From assembly GCA_036170275.1 (NCBI GenBank), contig JAVHOU010000223.1:12294-76293 (forward strand): a DNA stretch of 64,000 nt, in the 5' to 3' direction. This DNA is from Ignavibacteriaceae bacterium (GTDB lineage Bacteria; Bacteroidota; Ignavibacteria; Ignavibacteriales; Ignavibacteriaceae). The translations under genes and the position numbers were made by a program. Of this stretch, positions 59,481-64,000 are shown one piece after another (within the stretch, counting starts at the first letter, position 1; every line of letters starts with the position of its first letter). The notes beneath the pieces are model-generated. The model saw only the letters and a program-made list of their open reading frames with translations, ran no database searches and was not told the origin of the DNA.

Positions 59481-59806
59481 GTCATTGCGAATCCCACTTT
59501 AGTGGGTGAAGCAATCTATCAAATTGATTGGGATTGCTTCGTCGAAAACTCCTCGCAATGACGGTTTCGTTTTATCATTGCGTGCGAGCCCGCCTGTTGA
59601 GTTTGTTGCACAACTCTGAAAGGGTCATTTCGAAGAAGTCTTCGACTGAGAAATCTTTCAATTATACCACGAAAAGATTTCTCCCTCCGGTCGAAATGAC
59701 GCTGATTTGACTTCTGCAACGGACTCTGTCGGTAGACAGGTCTTCGAGCGAAGCAATCTGTTATTTTTCTTGAGATTACTCCGGGACTATCATCTCTCGC
59801 AACAAC
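59481..59806. repeat. cluster of at least 5 hairpin repeat units (families D and E)
   Basis: D units at 59481..517, 59531..562 (inverted) and 59773..806 (degenerate). An E unit GTCATTTCGA...TCGAAATGAC at 59624..700 has nested stems gagaaatcttt/aaagatttctc. Also ctgtc-ggta-gacag. Confidence 0.75.
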
Positions 59807-59813
59807 GATACGT

Positions 59814-60938
59814 TTAACGAACGGGATTATATCCGTCCAACACGCCATTCTTTGATAAAACAATTTGCCATAGTTGTTCTTTTTTTCTTGCTCTAAAAGC
59901 CCCGGCACTCGAAAGTAAAAAATATTTCCACATTCTATAAAATCTTTCGCTGTATTTAGCTTTTATTTTATCCCAACTGTTGTTGAAATTATCGTACCAC
60001 ACCATTAATGTTTTATCGTAATCTGCACCGATATTATGCCAATCTTCCATAACAAATATACCTTCAATTGCCTTACCAAGTTGAGCTATTGATGGTAACA
60101 TTCCATTCGGAAAGATATATTTATGCGTCCACGCATCTGTTGCATTTGTAGAACGAACTTCACCGATTGTATGAAGTAAAAATAATCCATCTTCTTTTAA
60201 GTTTCTTTCAGCTATCTGGAAATACTCCTTGTAATTTTTGTGTCCAACGTGTTCAATCATTCCAACTGAAACTATGCTATCAAATTTTTCATTTACTTCT
60301 CTGTAATCATGCAATCTAAATTCAACTGGTAAACCTTTACACAATTCTTTTCCAAGTGCAACTTGTTCTTTTGAGACTGTAATTCCAAGAACTTCAACTC
60401 CATATTTTTCAGCGGCATATTTTCCAAACGCACCCCAGCCGCAGCCGATATCCAGAACACGCATTCCTGGTTTTAGATAAAGTTTTTTACAAATCAATTC
60501 TAGCTTATTTTCTTGAGCTTCATCTAAAGTAGTTGCGTCTTTCCAGTAAGCACAACTGTAGTTCATTCTTTTATCGAGCATGTTTTGGAAAAGATCATTT
60601 CCTAAATCATAATGTCTTTCACCAATTATAAATGCTCTTCGTCTTGCCTGCATATTAATTATATAAAAGCCAGCAAGCTGAAAAGCTATTTTAAAATTTC
60701 GTTTGACTTTATTCTGCAAATCAGCACGGATAATTCTAAAAATCATTTCATCAAGGTTTTGAACATCCCACCAATTATCCATATAAGATTCACCGAGTCC
60801 AAGCTCAACTTCGGTAACTGCACGTTTGTAAAATCTATCATCGTGCACTTGAATATCCCATGGATTTGTGCCGTTAATTTCAATACCGGCGAGAGAAAAT
60901 AAATCTTTAACAAGTGATTGGTATTTGTTAGATGTCAT
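59814..60938 (-). CDS. cfa: cyclopropane-fatty-acyl-phospholipid synthase
   Basis: HYDLGNDLF, VLDIGCGWGAF, MIEHVG. Confidence 0.92.
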   Translation of the reverse strand: MTSNKYQSLVKDLFSLAGIEINGTNPWDIQVHDDRFYKRAVTEVELGLGESYMDNWWDVQNLDEMIFRIIRADLQNKVKRNFKIAFQLAGFYIINMQARRRAFIIGERHYDLGNDLFQNMLDKRMNYSCAYWKDATTLDEAQENKLELICKKLYLKPGMRVLDIGCGWGAFGKYAAEKYGVEVLGITVSKEQVALGKELCKGLPVEFRLHDYREVNEKFDSIVSVGMIEHVGHKNYKEYFQIAERNLKEDGLFLLHTIGEVRSTNATDAWTHKYIFPNGMLPSIAQLGKAIEGIFVMEDWHNIGADYDKTLMVWYDNFNNSWDKIKAKYSERFYRMWKYFLLSSAGAFRARKKEQLWQIVLSKNGVLDGYNPVR

Positions 60939-61366
60939 CTCTAGCTCCTTAGTTAAATGATCAATAAATAATCAAAAGTACCAGAGAGAAAGTCCATCAA
61001 AATAAATTGGAGAAAGAATAATTTATACATAGTAAAGTTAAATTTATTTCTTCTCCAAATAAAAATTAATCTATAAGCTATTTATTAAATATCTTCTTTT
61101 GCCATCATTTTTTTTATTGGGAAAACACAACTATTGCAAAACTATTCCCGATAGTTTAGTAAACCTTATATTCATTTTGATTTTTACATCATTTAGAATA
61201 GAAATCATAATTTCTTTCTTTGATGAGAAATTGCTAAAAAGAACTTCTTATATAACTACAAGTTTTGAGGGTAAGTTTCTTGTGGATGATACTTTAATTC
61301 TTTCAGAAACAATAATTACTTATCTGTGTGATTTATTACAGATTTATGAATCTAAATAGATACCTA

Positions 61367-62179
61367 TTATGCCTTATAGCCCACAACAGTTATACTAAAA
61401 ATACCTTTTAGGTTTTCATTGTAATCTTTTAATCCTTGAGCAGACAAGAATTTTGTAAGCAATTCTGCAGGTAAATTTATTTTTTTTGATTTTTTTATCT
61501 CTATATTTTCAAATCCTGCTTCTTCAATTATTTTAAGATATTCTTTCTGATCTAACGCTCCGGAAATGCATCCCGTATACATTGCTGCAGATTGTTTTAG
61601 TTCTTCAGTCATTTCGCCTTGGATAACAATATCAGAAACACAGAAATGAGCTCCGGGTTTAAGTATTCTGTAAATCTCAGAGAATGCTTTTTCTTTATCC
61701 AGAACAAGATTCAACACGCAATTACTAACAATAACATCTGCAATGTTATTCTCTATCGGCATTGATTCAATATCACCGAATCTAAATTCAACATTTTTAT
61801 ATCCAAGTTTTGCATTGTTCTTATTAGCTTTTTCAATCATCTGTTCTGTCATATCAATCCCGATTACTTTTCCTTCATCACCAACGATTGCTCTTGCAAC
61901 AAAAACATCGTTACCTGCACCCGATCCTAAATCAACCACCGTATCACCTTTTTTAATTCTCGCAAATTCTGTCGGTAAGCCGCAACCCAATCCAAGATCA
62001 GCTTCGGCTACATATCCATTAACATTTTTATATTCATCACCGATCATTATAAAATCTAAATTTTTGTTATCCCCACAGCATGATGAAACAGGTCCACAGC
62101 AACCGAAACCGGGTGACGCTTTAGCAATTTCTCCATATTTTTCTTTAACAACATTTTTTAGTTCTTCTGATGTTTGCAT
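61367..62179 (-). CDS. arsM: arsenite S-adenosylmethionine methyltransferase
   Basis: VKEKYGEIA, Cys clusters GCCGPVSSCCG, DLGSGAG, NCVLNL, YTGCISGA. Confidence 0.88.
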   Translation of the reverse strand: MQTSEELKNVVKEKYGEIAKASPGFGCCGPVSSCCGDNKNLDFIMIGDEYKNVNGYVAEADLGLGCGLPTEFARIKKGDTVVDLGSGAGNDVFVARAIVGDEGKVIGIDMTEQMIEKANKNNAKLGYKNVEFRFGDIESMPIENNIADVIVSNCVLNLVLDKEKAFSEIYRILKPGAHFCVSDIVIQGEMTEELKQSAAMYTGCISGALDQKEYLKIIEEAGFENIEIKKSKKINLPAELLTKFLSAQGLKDYNENLKGIFSITVVGYKA

Positions 62180-62264
62180 TAAAGTGCTCCTTTCTAGTTT
62201 TTAATTAATACTTAAATCCAAAACCATTTTTAATTTTTTAAATCTTTTAATCTTTAAATTGTAA

Positions 62265-62582
62265 TTAACAACAGCCTATTTTATTAAATAATTTATCAAG
62301 CGCATTCTTTGCTTTTGCAAGTGATTTAGTATTTACGCAATAACAAATCTTTGAACCATCAATTTCGCCTTCGATTAATCCAACCCGTTTTAATTCCTTA
62401 AGATGTTGCGAAACTGTTGCCTGAGCAAGCGGAAGTTTATTCACTAAACTTCCAACCATACAGGAATTCATTTTATTAAGCGTTTTTAATATTTTTATTC
62501 GTGCTGGATGAGAAAGAGCTTTAGCAACATCCGCCAGCCAGATTTCTTCTTGGGTAAATTCTTCTTTTTTGGATACGGCCAT
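62265..62582 (-). CDS. arsR: ArsR family repressor with C-terminal cysteines
   Basis: LSHPARIKILKTL...ATVSQHLKELK, and a terminal KIGCC. Confidence 0.85.
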   Translation of the reverse strand: MAVSKKEEFTQEEIWLADVAKALSHPARIKILKTLNKMNSCMVGSLVNKLPLAQATVSQHLKELKRVGLIEGEIDGSKICYCVNTKSLAKAKNALDKLFNKIGCC

Positions 62583-62594
62583 TTAAATAATTCC

Positions 62595-62623
62595 TTTATC
62601 GTTCATCGTAAATATACGATAAA
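62595..62623. promoter_or_regulatory. candidate operator of the arsR-arsM operon
   Basis: TTTATCGT...ACGATAAA with a nested perfect palindrome ATCGTA-AATA-TACGAT (62605..620), 13 nt upstream of the arsR ATG. Confidence 0.35.
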
Positions 62624-62941
62624 TATATATTATGTCAAGATAAGTTCATGATATGAGTTTATAAAAGGTAATTTTGAAATAGGATGGAGTTTTTATTAGA
62701 GACATGTAAATTGCTATATAAATTACATTATCAGTAAAAGATAAAATCTACTCATCCAAAAGAACTAATTCTTTTTTCATCCCTTCGGTTGATTGAATAA
62801 TTCTTTATTTCTTTTAAATATACTATTAAACGATAACAAATAATCTATCGAGATAGAAAAATGATAAATGTAAGTATGAATTTAAGTGAAGAAGGATTTA
62901 CCATATAATTAAATCGCCCAAGTGATTTTAATATTATTAAT

Positions 62942-62970
62942 TTGACATCGATAGTTAAATAAGTTAAATT
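62942..62970 (+). promoter_or_regulatory. candidate promoter of the LacI-family gene
   Basis: TTGACA, 17 nt, TAAATT. Confidence 0.35.
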
Positions 62971-62973
62971 ATA

Positions 62974-62987
62974 GTTAAACGTTTAAC
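62974..62987. promoter_or_regulatory. candidate LacI-family operator (autoregulatory)
   Basis: Perfect 14-bp palindrome GTTAAACGTTTAAC with a central CG. It lies 3 nt after the -10 and 20 nt before the ATG. Confidence 0.45.
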
Positions 62988-63007
62988 CAAAATTAACCGA
63001 GTTTACG

Positions 63008-64000
63008 ATGAAGCCAACTATTAAAGATGTTGCCAAGAAAGCCGGTGTATCTATTGCAACAGTTTCATTCGTAATTAATAAGAGCAAAAACGTCACACCT
63101 GAAACAAAAAATCGTGTACTAAAAGCAATTAAATCTCTCAATTACCATCCTTCCAAGTCAGCAATAAATTTAGTCTCTGGTAAAACTGGTAACATTGGTT
63201 TTATTCTTACTGATGATCATTTTCTCAGAACAGAACCATTCTATACAAAAATTTTTTTAGGGACTGAATTTGAAGCAAGAAGTGAGGGATACTATATTTT
63301 ACTAACGTCAATAAAACAAGATTTTAATGAAAAAGATATTTTACCACGATTTATTTTAAATAAAAGTGTTGATGGAATTATTATTGCAGGAAAAATTCCT
63401 CATAGCCTAATAGATAGAATATCCGCTTATAATCTTCCAACTGTCTTTATTGATTACAATCCGCCAACCAATAGTTATCCACTAGTATTAATAGACAACA
63501 TTGAAGGCGCGCTGTTAGCCACAAATCATTTAATTAATCTGGGTCATACAAATATTGCTTTTATTTGTGGTGATATAGAGCATCCTAGTTTATCCGAAAG
63601 ATTAAAGGGTTACAAGCGAGCGTTGGTGGATGCAAACATTCCTGTTAAGAATAATTTAATTATTACAGATGCTAAATATCCAGACAGACAAAACGGATTT
63701 AATTCGGCAAAAAAACTTTTTTCAAGAAATAAGAATGTTACTGCGGTATTTGCAGGCAATGATGCAATGGCTATAGGAGTGCTTCATTATTTAAAGGATA
63801 ATGGGTACAAAGTACCTCAAGATGTATCGCTGATTGGATTTGATGATGTTGGAGGAGACATTTTGCTCCGTCCACCTTTAACTACTATAAGGGTTCCTAA
63901 AATTGAATTGGGTGCTGAAGCACTCAAGTTGTTGGTTAATACATTAAAGAATAAAAAATCGTTATCAAAAAAAATACTTGTACCGGTTGAATTAATAATA
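63008..64000 (+). CDS. LacI family transcriptional regulator. The 3' end runs off the right window edge, so it is not in the ORF track.
   Basis: Hand translation: MKPTIKDVAKKAGVSIATVSFVINKSKNVTPETKNRVLKAIKSLNYHPSKSAINLVSGKTGNIGFIL... It stays open to base 64000 (331 codons). Confidence 0.9.
   Translation, partial: MKPTIKDVAKKAGVSIATVSFVINKSKNVTPETKNRVLKAIKSLNYHPSKSAINLVSGKTGNIGFILTDDHFLRTEPFYTKIFLGTEFEARSEGYYILLTSIKQDFNEKDILPRFILNKSVDGIIIAGKIPHSLIDRISAYNLPTVFIDYNPPTNSYPLVLIDNIEGALLATNHLINLGHTNIAFICGDIEHPSLSERLKGYKRALVDANIPVKNNLIITDAKYPDRQNGFNSAKKLFSRNKNVTAVFAGNDAMAIGVLHYLKDNGYKVPQDVSLIGFDDVGGDILLRPPLTTIRVPKIELGAEALKLLVNTLKNKKSLSKKILVPVELII

Noticed and set aside
59481-59806. Possible CRISPR array, because of the clustered repeats
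   Set aside because: The units are individually palindromic, occur in both orientations, vary in length and core sequence, and lack regular repeat-spacer periodicity. No cas genes are in the window.
59519-59908. 129-aa minus-strand ORF, plus the 60-aa plus-strand ORF at 59528..59710
   Set aside because: Both are built almost entirely from the family D/E hairpin repeat units (VVARDDSPGVI, HCEEFSTKQ, SFRGIIERFLSRRLLRNDP). The larger one overlaps the 3' end of cfa. I treat them as translation artefacts of repeats.
61099-61359. 86-aa plus-strand ORF
   Set aside because: It has no SD, an extreme AT-driven composition (F/I/L/K/N-rich) and no motif, and it is antisense to the surrounding operon direction. 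It is probably non-coding.

Overview
AT-rich (about 35% GC by eye) bacterial chromosome segment, mostly housekeeping genes. Two proteins end in T9SS Por-type C-terminal sorting domains (NYPNPFNP...KKM.LLK), which together with the gene content suggests an Ignavibacteria/Bacteroidota-like (FCB group) organism; this is an inference. About 55 supportable CDS. Two are cut by the window edges and absent from the ORF track: a PFOR at 1..3244 (-) and a LacI-family regulator at 63008..64000 (+). Core genes include ychF, trpB2, carAB, PIN-PhoH, mnmA, iorAB, lgt, topA, yidD, mtgA, trmO, cfa and several peptidases (M48, M16, M14, M24B, S1-like). Accessory content: (1) a single-gene NucS-like nuclease-EVE fusion at 4.0-4.9 kb, a predicted modification-dependent restriction enzyme. 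(2) A low-GC islet at 24.9-28.2 kb with a methyltransferase-Mrr nuclease fusion, a HEPN-like protein and a small membrane protein. (3) An unbroken minus-strand array, arsR-arsC-trx-permease-acr3, a small TM ORF, a sigma-54 activator, a TPR-like protein and a split-Soret-type Fe-S/dihaem cytochrome. The cytochrome has a Tat-like leader and a T9SS tail and is interrupted by one in-frame TAA. (4) A second arsR-arsM locus. Intergenic DNA carries several families of short hairpin repeats that split operons, extend CDS 3' ends and create spurious ORFs. I saw no rRNA, tRNA, CRISPR array, transposase or integrase. All calls come from reading translations and motifs by eye; no database search was possible.
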